Source: Mizuhopecten yessoensis (Eukaryota). Taken from it: a stretch of 64,000 nt of DNA. Below the pieces are notes generated by a model that did not search any database, was not told the origin of the DNA, and was given only the letters and a program-made list of their open reading frames with translations. Of the stretch, positions 51,301-64,000 are shown piece after piece (position 1 is the first letter of the stretch; every line of letters begins with the position of its first letter). Where the stretch lies: contig NW_018408891.1 in the NCBI RefSeq assembly GCF_002113885.1, positions 621,633 through 685,632 of the forward strand, in the 5' to 3' direction. The position numbers and the translations under genes are program-made.

Positions 51301-53199
51301 CAGTACTAAATTACATGTGAATATCGGTGTGTACAAAACTGTTCATAATACAAATTATGTTTACACATTTTTCATAGAAGCATGAAACGGTCAGCATGCA
51401 TTTGCATGTAACCACGTGCATTAAAACCTATCGTGAACTATAAAACTATGTTGAATGATTCTGTTTAATCATATCTTTATACCTCCATAATTAAAGAGCT
51501 ACATATTACATATACATAATGAACAAATAGTGAGTTAGAAGATAGATACGTGCATACAACAAATAAATGTGACAAAATAACAGTAGTAGGATTTATTCGT
51601 GGACAACAGATGTGATGGCATATAAAGTTAATCGAGAAAAAGAGGAGTAACAAAAAAGAAAGGAAAAAAATCAAAAACGTGCTACATTACAAAACACTAT
51701 AGCATTTTTTACAGCGTGATAATATTATATGGTCACCATGATTTTACATGTAAACACAGGCGTTCAATCCTCTGAAACTATGTTCTATTATTCTGTTCAC
51801 CGTTCAATTTTGACAGAAAACGAAAAAGAAACAATCACATATTGCAGGAAATACTTTTCTCAATCAGGAAATGCATGAATACATGTAATTTGCTCTCTCA
51901 GAACATCATAAAATAAACATGAAAGCTTATGTCTTCTGAGGTTCCCTGTCCTACTGCAGGCGTAACTCTAGATATTGTCGTACCTACTGTATGCTTTGCT
52001 ATATTCTGTATTCCGTTGAGCAACTGACTCAGCTGGTTAGACCGACACTTTAAATCTTGTGGATTTATTCATCTTTTTTATTTGTTCAAGAAATCCCCAA
52101 CAAGGCATGTCTTCTTCTTTTCATAAATGATCCACCAAAGCTTCAGTCATGCAAGTGAGATCATGAGATCATTTTCTAATACATAGCTGCAGTTATAAGC
52201 AGTGGTATTGGGATACTGACCAGCCAGGTCATGTGGATATATGATCTTGTATTGTTTGTGCTATGCATTAAAAAACAGACTCTGTCAAAACTCAGTGGCA
52301 GTGTAATAGTTATGATTTAAAACCAATTTCCGTTTTGAAGAAAAAATACTATTGAGACTTATCATTGGGGTGTTTTGTCGGAAACCTAGCAGATTTCGTT
52401 TCCCATCTCGAACATTTCCGCTGGCGTTTTATTTCCTCTTCATGTTTGCACTTAAGTAGCCATATTTGGTAATGAACGTGACAATTGAATGTGATATATG
52501 ATATTGATTGATGTAATATATTTCTGGCCCATACTCGGTTATTTGATAGATTTGTTCGCTTAAAGAGTAGTAGTTTTATACTTTAGAAAATTAAAACAAT
52601 TACTCTTATGTCAAAATTAGCTCTTTTCTTTTTCTTCCTTGTCTTTCAATATTTGCTATTGTGAAACCAGAAAGTTTGCATTGTTTGCAAGTATACAAAT
52701 ATAAAAAATAGGTAATAATTTTCCGAGTAAGCTAACTATGATTGTGAGAGCTGCATCTAAGCCAGACATTGGGAAGGTCAATTCAATTGTCCACACACTG
52801 AGGAACCCCTAGGAACCGCCTCAGTCGTAACCTTGTCATGACCACTGGTCTGTCAAATCAATCCTAATTAAGGCAAAATGTCATATACAATGTCTCATTA
52901 CCGGCGAATAGTATTAGAATCCTGACCGCAGAATGACGAATACTATAATAAACCAAGGCACTCAAACAAGTGTTAAATCGATATGAGATTTTCCGGGAAA
53001 ACATCCGCCCATCTATTTCAGGCAAACCGTATATGAGGGAAAAGTTGATAAGAACGATTAATTAATCTTATTTCCAAGTGTGTTGATGATGTGATATATA
53101 TTTGTCCACTTGTATTGCCGATGAGGAATACTTTTGTTATTAAGTTTATTGACGCTGTGGTAGATATTGTTTTTTCCGTGTTGATGCTGTAGTTTATTT

Positions 53200-56100
53200 G
53201 GTCCAGACCTGTTGATGATGTTGGATATGTTGTCATTATGTGTTGACATTGTGGTATATTATGTCCTTGTGTGTTGATACTGTGGTATATTGTGTCCTTG
53301 TGTGTTGACAATGTGGTATATTATGTCCTTGTGTGTTGACACTGTGGTATATTCTGTCCTTGTGTGTTGACACTGTGGTATATTCTGCCCTTGTGTGTTG
53401 ACACTGTGGTATATCATGTCATTGTGTGTTGAAACTGTGGTATATATTGTCACTGTGCGTTGGCACTGTGGTATATCATGTAATTATGTGTTGACACTGT
53501 GGTATATTCTGTCCTTGTGTGTTGACAATGTGGTATATTATGTCCTTGTGTTTTGACACTTTGGTATATCATGTCATTTTGTGTTGGCACTGTGGTATAT
53601 CATGTAATTATGTGTTGACACTGTGGTATATTCTGTCCTTGTGTGTTGACACTGTGGTATATTATGTCCTTGTGTGTTGACACTTTGGTATATCATGTCA
53701 TTTTGTGTTGGCACTGTGGTATATCCTGTCATTGTGTGTTGCCATTGTGGTATATTCTGTCCATCTGTGTTGACACTGTGGTATATATTGTCACTGTGCG
53801 TTGACACTGTGGTATATCATGTCATTGTGTGTTGACACTGTGGTATATTCTGTCCTTGTGTGTTGACAATGTGGTATATCATGTCATTGTGTGTTGGCAC
53901 TGTGGTATATCATGTCCTTGTGTGTTATATTCTGTCCTTGTGTGTTGACACTGTGGTATATTATGTCATTTTGTGTTGGCACTGTGGTATATCCTGTCAT
54001 TGTGTGTTGACATTGTGGTATATTCTGTCCTTGTGTGTTAACACAATGGTATATATTGTCACTGTGCGTTGACACTGTGGTATATCATGTCATTGTGTGT
54101 TGGCACTGTGGAATAATCTGTCCTTGTGTGTAGTCAGTGTGGTATATATTGTGACTGTGCGTTGACAATTTGATATATTATGTCCTGGTGTGTTGCCACT
54201 GTGGTATATCATGTCATTTTGTGTTGGCACCGTGGTATATCAAGTCATTGTGTGTTGACACTGTGGTATAATTTGTCCTTGTGTGTTGACACTGTGGTAT
54301 ATCATGTCATTGTGTGTTGGCACTGTGGTATAATCTGTCCTTGTGTGTAGTCAGTGTGGTATATATTGTCACTGTGCGTTGACAATTTGATATATTATGT
54401 CCTTGTGTGTTGACACTGTGGTATATCATGTCATTTTGTGTTGGCACTGTGGTATATCAAGTCATTGTGTGTTGACACTGTGGTTAATCTGTCCTGTAGT
54501 GTTGACACTGTGGTATATCATGTCCTTGTGTGTTAACACTGTGGTGTATCATGTCCTTGTGTGTTAACACTGTGGTATAATCTGTCCTAGTGTGTTGACA
54601 CTGTGGTGTATCATGTCCTTGTGTGTTAACACTGTGGTATATCATGTCCTTGTGTGTTGACACTGTGGTATATCATGTCCTAGTACGTTGACAATGTGGT
54701 ATATCATGTCCTTGTGTGTTGACACTGTGTTATATCATGTCCTTGTGTGTTAACACTGTGGTGTATCATGTCCTTGTGTGTTAACACTGTGGTATATCAG
54801 GTCCTTGTGTGTTGACACTGTGATATATTCTGTCCTTGTGTGTTGACACAGAGGTATATCATGTCCTTGTGTGATGACACTGTGATATATTCTGTCCTTC
54901 TGTGTTGACACTGTGTTATATTCTTTCCTTATGTGTTGACAGTGTGGTATATTATGTCCTTGTGTGTTGACACTGTGGCATATCATGTCCTTGTGTGTTG
55001 ACACTGTGGTATATTCTGTCCTTCTGTGTTAACACTGTGGTATATATTGTCACTGTGCGTTGACACTGTGGTATATCATGTCATTGTGTGTTGACACTGT
55101 GGTATATTCTGTCCTTGTGTGTTGCCACTGTGGTATATCATGTCATTTTGTGTTGGCACTGTGGTATATCAAGTCAATGTGTGTTGATACTGTGGTATAT
55201 TCTGTCCTTATGTGTTAAAACTGTGGTATATCATGTCATTGTGTGTTGGCACTGTGGTATATCAAGTCGTTGTGTGTTGACACTGTGGTATAATCTGTCC
55301 TTGTGTGTTGACACTGTGGTATATCATGTCATTGTGTGTTGGCACTGTGGTATATCAAGTCGTTGTGTGTTGACACTGTGGTATATATTGTCACTGTGCG
55401 TTGACACTGTGGTATATCATGTCCCTGTGTGTTGACACGGTGGTATATTCTGTCCTTGTGTGTTGACAATGTGGTATATCATGTCATTGTGTGTTGGCAC
55501 TGTGGTATAATCTGTCCTTGTGTGTTGACACTGTGGTATATATTGTCACTGTGCGTTGACAATTTGGTATATTATGTCCTTGTGTGTTGACACTGTGGTA
55601 TATCATGTCATTTTGTGTTGGCACTGTGGTATATCAAGTCATTGTGTGTTGACACTGTGGTATAATATGTCCTTGTGTGTTGACACTGTGGTATATCATG
55701 TCATTTTGTGTTGGCACTGTGGTATATCAAGTCATTGTGTGTTGACACTGTGGTATAATATGTCCTTGTGTGTTGACACTGTGGTATATCATGTCATTTT
55801 GTGTTGGCACTGTGGTATATCAAGTCATTGTGTGTTGACACTGTGGTATAATTTGTCCTTGTGTGTTGACACTGTGGTATATCATGTCATTGTGTGTTGA
55901 CACTGTGGTATATCAAGTCGTTGTGTGTTGGCACTGTGGTATATCCTGTCATTGTGTGTTGTCATTGTGGTATATTCTGTCGTTTTGTATTAACACTGTG
56001 GTATATACTGTCACTGTGCGTTGACACTGTGGTATATCATGTCATTGTGTGTTGACACCGTGGTATATCATGTCCTTGTGTGTTAACACTGTGGTATATC

Positions 56101-58320
56101 ATGTCCTTGTGTGTTGACACTGTGGTATATTCTGTCCTTGTGTGTTGACACTGTGGTATAATCTGTCCTTGTGTGTTGACACTGTGGTATATCATGTCAT
56201 TGTATGTTGACACTGTGGTATAATCCGTCCTTGTGTGTTGACACTGTGCTATATCATGTCATTGTGTGTTAGCACTGTGGTATATCAAGTCATTGTGTGT
56301 TGACACTGTGGTTAATCTGTCCTGTAGTGTTGACATTGTGGTATATCATGTCCTTGTGTGTAAACACTGTGGTGTATCATGTCCTTGTGTGTTAACACTG
56401 TGGTATAATCTGTCCTAGTGTGTTGACACTGTGGTATATCATGTCCTTGTACGTTGGCACTGTGGTATATCATGTCCTTGTGCGTTGACACTGTGGTATA
56501 ACATGTCCTTGTGTTTTGACACTGTGGTATTTTCTGTCCTTGTGTGTTGACGATGTGGTATAACTTGTCCTTGTGTGTTGACACTGTGGTATATTTTGTC
56601 CTTGTGTGATGACACTGTGATATATTTATCCTTGTGTGTTGACACTGTGGTATATTCTTTCCTTATGTGTTGACACTGTGGTATATTATGTCCTTGTGTG
56701 TTGACACTGTGCATATCATATCCTTGTGTATTGACACTGTGGTATATCATGTCCTTGTGTGTTCACACTGTGGTATATCATGTCCTTGTGTGTTGACACT
56801 GTAGTATATCATGTCCTTGTGTGTTGACACTGTGGTATTTCATGTCCTTGTACGTTGACACTGTGGTATATCATGTCCTTGTGCGTTGACACTGTGGTAT
56901 ATAAAATCCTTGTGTGTTGACACTGTGGTATATAGTGTCCTTGTGTGTTGACACTGTGGTATATTTTGTCCTTGTGTGTTGACGCTGTTGTTTATTTTGT
57001 CCTTGTGTGTTGACACTTTGATATATCATGTCCTTGTGTGTTAACACTGTTGTATATTATGACTTTGTTTGTTGACACTGTGGTATTTTCTGTCCTTGTA
57101 CGTTGACACTGTGGTATATTCTTTCCTTATGTGTTGACTCTGTGGTATATTTTTCCTTGTGTGTTGCCACTGTGGTATATCATGTCATCGTGTGTTGACA
57201 CTGTGGTATAGCATGTCCTTGTGTGTTGACAATGTGTTATATCATGCCCTTGTGTGTTGACACTGTCATTGTGTGTTGACACTGTGGTATATTATGTCTT
57301 TGTTTGTTGACACTGTGGTATTTTCTGTCCTTGTACGTTGACACTGTGGTAAATTATGTCCTTGTGTGTTGACACTGTGGTATATCATGTCATTGTGTGT
57401 TGGCACTGTGGTATAATCTGTCCTTGTGTGTTGACACTGTGGTAAATTATGTCCTTGTGTGTTGACACTGTGGTATGTTCTGTCCTTGTGTGTTGACACT
57501 GTGGTATAATTTGTCCTTGTGTGCTGACACTGTGGTATATTCTGTCCTTGTGTGTTGACACTTTGATATATCATGTCCTTGTGTGCTGACACTGTGGTAT
57601 ATTCTGCCCTTGTGCGTTGACACTGTGGTATATTCTGTCCTTGTGTGTTGACACTGTGGTATGTTCTGTCCTTGTGTGTTGACACTGTGGTATAGTATGG
57701 CCTTGTGTGTTGACACTGTGGTATATTCTGTCCTTGTGAGTTGACACTGTGGTATATCATGTCCTTGTGAGTTGACACTTTGGTATATTCTGTCCTTGTG
57801 TGTTGACCCTGTGGTATATTCTGTCCTTGTGTGTTGACACTGTGGAATAGTATTGCCTTGTGTGTTGACACTGTGGTATATTCTGTCCTTGTGCGTTGAC
57901 ACTGTGGTATATTCTGTCCTTGTGTGTTGACACTGTGGTATATCATGTCCTTGTACGTTGACACTGTGGTATATCATGTCCTGCTACGTTGACACTGTGG
58001 TATATCATGTCCTTGTGTGTTGACACTGTGGTATATCATGTCCTTGTGTGTTGACACTGTGGTATATNNNNNNNNNNNNNNNNNNNTGTCCTTGTGTGTT
58101 GACACTGTGGTATATTCTGTCCTTGTGTGTTGACACTGTGGTATAGTATTGCCTTGTGTGTTGACACTGTGGTATATTCTGTCCTTGTGAGTTGACACTG
58201 TGGTATATCATGTCCTTGTGAGTTGACACTTTGGTATATTCTGTCCTTGTGTGTTGACACTGTGGTATATTCTGTCCTTGTGTTTTGACACTCTGGTATA
58301 GTATGGCCTTGTGTGTTGAA
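53200..58320. repeat. 31-bp satellite array, ~5.1 kb (~165 copies), spanning an N gap
   Basis: Unit TGTGTGTTGACACTGTGGTATATCATGTCCT with variants. A 31-aa (93-nt) periodicity appears in the spurious ORFs. Confidence 0.98.
58068..58086. other. Assembly gap (19 N) inside the satellite
   Basis: Run of N. Confidence 0.99.
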
Positions 58321-58640
58321 TTTGAAGTATATTTGTCCCACTCTATCGAAAAGGTTCGGTTCCTGTGTCTTTACACTGTGGTGTTTTGTGTCTTTTTTAT
58401 GTTGACGGTGTGAATTGTATTTTCTTTCAACTCACTCAGCTATTAAAATTAGTTTTGTCATATTCTTACGGTTTATCTCATTTGTGAATATATTCCGAGG
58501 GCTAAGCGGAAAACGTACAAATATTGCACGAAATTTATATGTTTTTTTTACTATTTTCATGAAGATACTTGTTTAGAAGAATAAAACGATGAATATAAAA
58601 TTTTAAGTATAAAAGGTTAAGGACATTGTTATTCCGCGAT

Positions 58641-58733
58641 CGATATTGTAAACCGGAGGCTGGTATTTCGGCACGATATCGTAAACCGGAAGCTGGTATT
58701 TCACGACGGATATTGTAAACCGGAAGCTGGTAA
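58641..58733. repeat. ~34-bp tandem repeat, 3 copies
   Basis: GATATTGTAAACCGGAAGCTGGTA repeated three times. Confidence 0.85.
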
Positions 58734-59330
58734 TCTGACAGTAAGTCTGGTTAAATGCGCCATTGACGATGAGTTCGGTACCCATTCTGGTCTTTACAAT
58801 ATGGCAATATATTCTCAAGCAGTAGATGTACATATATTTATATAGATAAAAGACAGATAATGTCAATCAAAACCAAGGCCAGGGATAGCCACTCAACCAC
58901 ATATACGTTATGTAATCCCCTTTCAGACATCAATACCTAAGGGAGGAAGGTTACTAAGTATGGCGGAATCGATCTGACGGTACGCATGCTATTATCTAAT
59001 GAAATGAACATCAAGGCACAAGCCTAAAAAACGATCGAACTGTGTTAAAAGCTTAGTTTGAATCTCTACAAATACAAAGGAAGTAGGTACCTTTTCCTCA
59101 TTAAGAAACAGCTTATTCCAAAAACATCAAACCTATTGCTCCGAAAATCTCAATATGTGTGAGATAACTGTTCAATGAAAGACTTTCTTGGGGTGTGTTT
59201 TTTAGATTTACCAGACACAATGACATAAAAATGTATAGCATCGTTTATTGTTAAATGCTTATATTCCTTTGTTACACATAAAACACCAATACGTCTTTGT
59301 TGCGGAAATTAAAAACGTAATATACAAAAC

Positions 59331-59435
59331 GGCACAAGTCCAGTAGCTAGAGTAAACCCGTGGGCGGCACAAGTCTAGTAGCTAGAGTAAACCCGTGGGC
59401 GGCACAAGTCCAGTAGCTAGAGTAAACCCGTGGGC
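59331..59435. repeat. 35-bp tandem repeat, 3 copies
   Basis: GGCACAAGTCCAGTAGCTAGAGTAAACCCGTGGGC at 59331, 59366, 59401. Confidence 0.95.
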
Positions 59436-60933
59436 AGATTTGCAGACAACATGCTCTAGTTATACGCATGTCGTTCAACGTTTGGTTAGAGAACGTAATA
59501 AACAATCATAGACGTGGCCTTCTCTAAAGAGTATAGGTTGACCTTATAGCTGAAATTTAGCCTGAATCGAAATGCTCGTTTAAACATGAATTGTCTGTTG
59601 CAAGCCACAGTGGCATTTTTTAAACATCAGAAATGGATTATATAGACTTTTGTACACGCAATACACATGGATTTTTTTTTTATTTCTGTCACCTTAAGTG
59701 GTCATATTGACCTTTAAATATTTAGTTTGCTTTCTACATCGACAAAAATATATTTTAATACGGATGGGTGCTACCGTACTTTGAACTGTAAAGGGTATAA
59801 AAACAATTAATGGGAAAATGTTTTTACGGTCATAGTCTGTTATTTAGAAAGCGTATAATAACATCAACAATTCAAGGCAATTTCAGTGAAGCGAGTCCAT
59901 TGTTACCTAGCTGTCAATGTAATAACGTACGCGGACATGCACGCGCATTACTCTTTTTGTTTTTGTTTTTTGTGGAAAATATATGTTCCAGAATATGCTT
60001 TATTAGGATTTAATCGTAATACATGACATGTTCAACTTAGTATCCACTACACGAAATATATCACAGTATGTTGCTGCGATGAACCACTGTCTCTTAAATT
60101 TGACATTTTCACTATCTTAAATCTTCTAGAGGAACATTAAAAAAAATCTGTTTTAATTGAAGATATTATTTTTTCATACTTAATCATACACATTCTACTT
60201 TCTCAATTATGATAGATAAATTTCACCCTTAACTAAAACTGATTTAGAAAGTTTTTTTAGAAATTCCTAAAAACAATTCAGAAGTTTTGTTATTTTAGGA
60301 ACAAGTCTACAGGCACTACACACAACTAAATGCTTTTTTGGGTTGGCAGATATGGTGTCGTGAGTCCTATATATAAGGAGAATGTGTCATATCGGAGGAA
60401 TCATTCATCGCCACAATGACCTTATCCCTGGTCATGACATTGATATCCTTTCATGATAAAAGATTTGTTTGCAGCGACTTTCATGTTCACGATTAATGAC
60501 TTTCAATCTCGAGATTATTCTTTTGCCACAAAACAGAAACTCTGGTAAAAAACTAAATGGTTAATACCTTTTGCCGGAAATGTTTTTTTTTTAACCCGAA
60601 CTGAAGCCCAAGAGGGCAACACTATAGAGTCATCTGAACAACAAGTCATTGGCAACAGGAACATGGTCCATACCGTAATTACTCTACGACACGTATTTTT
60701 CTAAAAAAATAAATATTAATTGACAGAAGACAACCTTGTTCATGTGGTTGATTTGGTGTCTGTGGTTTAACGTCCTTGCACCAGATCATGTCTTCTGGAG
60801 ACTGATGCCTAGGTATACACCGCTTAGAAGAGGGTGCAAGCAAATGAGGGAGAATGAGAAATATATCCCTATTTTCAAAACGGGCATGAGATGTATTTTG
60901 GTTTCTTCAATGTAACCCCAGTAAAAGACACAG

Positions 60934-61381
60934 ATGAAAACCCCCGACGGGTACTTATGGGCACATTGCCTAGAGAAAAGAGTGGGGAAGTGAGAGAGGA
61001 AAACCCCCGACGGGTCCCTATGGGCATATGGCCTAGAGAAAAAAGTGGGGAAGTGAGAGATGAACACCCCCGACGGGTCCCTATGGGCGCATGGCCTAGA
61101 GAAAAGAGTGGGGAAGTGAGAGAGGAAAACCCCCGACGGGTCCCTATGGGCACATGGTCTAGAGAAAAGAGTGGGGAAGTGAGAGATGAAAACCCCCGAC
61201 GGGTCCCTATGGGCATATGGCCTAGAGAAAAAAGTGGGGAAGTGAGAGATGAAAACCCCCGACGGGTCCCTATGGGCACATGGCCTAGACAAAAGAGTAG
61301 GGAAGTGAGAGATGAAAACCCCCGACGGGTCCCTATGGGCACATGGCCTAGAGAAAAGAGTGGGGAAATGAGAGATGAAAA
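60934..61381. repeat. 63-bp GC-rich tandem repeat, ~7 copies
   Basis: Unit GAAAACCCCCGACGGGTCCCTATGGGCACATGGCCTAGAGAAAAGAGTGGGGAAGTGAGAGAT. Explains the overlapping repetitive ORFs on both strands. Confidence 0.96.
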
Positions 61382-64000
61382 CATATAGATCCCAATGTTG
61401 CAATGTGGCAGCGGATCTACTTTGGTTTCTAAGTGGCCACTTTAGCAGCAGACACACAAATAACCCCGATTCTGCAGTGGCCCCTCATTGGTCGCCTCTT
61501 ACGACAATCAGTGGACAGAGCAGGACTAGCCGTGACCATTGCTCCTAAACCTACGTACATTGTAGGTGCCATATAGTTGAGTGCCTCGTTTTCAGATGTT
61601 TTGTCGGGTCTTTGGTGTTTAATTGGTTCCGGTTAGTTGCAATTATGTGATATGTTTACTTTGCTACCAAGTAAATTGGTCAAACATTTAGTGCACGATT
61701 TCACTCAATGCAGTAGTTACCTAAAATGCTCTTCAGCAAGCGTTACAGGTGTATTTAAATATTGTTTAACATAAATAATATTTATATATAATTTGTTCTG
61801 CTAGTGGTTCTTTTACCATTTGTTTTTGAATGCTTGGCATCATGAATTGAATATTTTAGATAACGGTATTTCGTGTTATGTATAACCACTTAATGAAATG
61901 GATATACCAACGAATAGAGTATGATTTGTTATATACAAACGTAATGGAGTAACAAATCAATATATATTTCAATAAATCAATCAATGAAATAGTTCAATTT
62001 TGTCACTTTACTATATTATTGTAGAAAAAATAAAATACACCAAATATAGATTTCATTAATATTTTAATATTGGTTCTGGCATATTTGTGGCCTCGGCTGT
62101 AGTTGAAATCCTTATTTTAATCTATATATGTAATTGTGAGTCGCCACGGGCAGACCCATCAATCTTCTAATATTCTATACACACAAGTAAAACACCAATT
62201 TTTGAGCTAGAAAACCACTAGTCTCAACACAACACAAGTATGGAGGCACGTCACTCCATAAACACCAATTGTTCAAAGTCACATGACACGTTCACTGAGT
62301 CATTGTTTTGAATTCACCAATTACGTATATGAATAAATTTGCATTAAACCCTGGTATCACAACGGTAAAACGCATATTTAATTAACTAGTAAGGTAAACT
62401 GAACGGTTATGCCGCGCGACGCCGCGTCCGTTATACTGTACGACATTGAGTGACTTAAAGCGTGTCACCTGAACTAGTACTACAGCCGTGACGAAGTGAG
62501 ATCATCTGATGTTGCGAATCCAGCCTCCCCTCCAGAACAGCAGGTATCCACCACAAACTGAAATAGAAATCAACCACAGCAGTATCCACTCTCAAATTGT
62601 GGGAAGGGAGGGTGGGATTAGAAAAATTCATAGATTCTGCATGACCAATTTCACTTGCCTGATCTGGAATTTCAATGAATTAAAAAGGGAGATAAATCGG
62701 TATTACCCTGAATATTAAACTGGTTCTCCGTTGTATCCTCACTGCGCTGTTTTGTACTGGAGGTAACTCGGGTTATCTTTCAACCGATTGACAGAGCTGA
62801 ACCATGTTATTTTCTGACTATAAAGTAAACGATTTCATATAACATGAAATAGTTATAATTATTGCAATTTCATACACCTTCAAGTACTTCATGTGTACCG
62901 AGGGATTCCATTTACAAAAAAGGAGCTGTATCACCCTGGTAACATTTGTAAACTGTTCTAAAATGTAATAAACAGGCGTTGAAAATACCATTATAATAAA
63001 AAAGAACGAAATTATTTAAAACCCAATACCAACGGTATCTGTCCAATGGATATTAAAACAGTACTCGGGGCCCAGCTGGTCGAGCTTTCTGTTCTTAACA
63101 ATCAGTAAGTCAAGCTTTTGAATTAAATACCATTATTAAATGAAAACGCAAGTTGTTTTTGTATATCATCTAATCATTTCGAAATCCAGGACATGCATAT
63201 TTTATTTTAGGTTGAGCAATTATAAACGTATGCAAACTATCACAGATACGGTCAGTCTAGGTTCTTAAACATCATAGCAACGGCACTCCTAATACGTTCG
63301 GTGCTTAATTACGTTAAAATAAAGTATGCGTTAAGATCAAACGGTTTACTGATTTCATCACCCAAAAATGTCTGTAATTAATCAATTAGCCGATACGAGA
63401 TAATTTTGTCGACAATTAACTTTCCGAAAAGGCATCATAGCTACTAACAGTTACGGCCAATGAACCATGACACAAACTCACCGCGGACACGCGTGATTGG
63501 CGAGCCCGTAGGAGTTTATGACAGAGGCTGTTTGTTAGTGAAAGCTAAGTACGGGCGAGGCGGACCGCGGAGTGATGTAGTTATGTGTAGTCTTCCCTAC
63601 ATCGATCGTATAGGGCGTGTAAGTAGTGTTGCCTCGCCGTATACATTGGCTACAGGAGCGCACAAACATCGCCTCAAATGGCGAATATAAGGATTACAAG
63701 CCCGTCAGATCCACTTATATATATCTATATTATTTGGTAATAGACACCAACTCGCTCACTGGAAAGCATCAAAATGAAAGTTTTGTTCTACCACATCGAA
63801 GGTAGTGCGCTGATGTTATGGATAAGACCCCTAAAAGGATTCCGTTGATATAAACTGATTGTGGTATGATTACTTTGTATATAACAAGATATGTGTATTT
63901 TATATAAATGTATTGACCTGCGGTGTTTTCTAAGGCAGTAGATCTCACAAAATCCAATTTGTGATAAAAACTGTTATTTGTACACATGCACTGAGCACGT

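Noticed and set aside
53200-58320. CRISPR-like appearance (constant core plus variable segment)
   Set aside because: The variable parts are only ~9 nt and recur as a few variants. There are no unique spacers and no cas genes, and the context is eukaryotic.
53018-58341. Many long ORFs (up to 232 aa) with HSVNTQG/CQHTRT repeats
   Set aside because: These are translations of the 31-bp satellite in all frames on both strands. There is no unique coding sequence or splice structure.
60786-61457. Overlapping 165-223-aa ORFs on both strands
   Set aside because: They derive from the 63-bp tandem repeat. Being open on both strands is typical of repeat artefacts.

Overview
AT-rich, repeat-rich eukaryotic (animal) genomic DNA with two N gaps. 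A mollusc, probably a bivalve, is inferred from the gene and repeat types. One protein-coding gene is well supported: a two-exon TASK/KCNK3-KCNK9/SUP-9-type two-pore K+ channel (+ strand, 21087-21369 joined to 21734-22554, 367 aa). Its first selectivity filter reads AAIGYG instead of the canonical TTIGYG. The most notable non-coding signal is a dispersed family of ~350-415-nt repeat monomers with a minimal type I hammerhead ribozyme at the monomer junction. It occurs at three loci (~25460-25660 +, ~34830-35325 -, ~45120-46145 +), has a non-canonical CCGAUGA core, and has the architecture of a non-LTR retrozyme or Penelope pLTR. A decayed Penelope-like RT fragment lies at ~48135-48350. The rest consists of minisatellites and satellites (including a 5-kb 31-bp array), tRNA-derived SINEs, a CR1/L2-type LINE 3' fragment, MITE and Kolobok-like elements, and a recurring hairpin-headed non-autonomous element. 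Most ORFs in the supplied track are not credible genes. All alignments were done by eye and no database searches were run.
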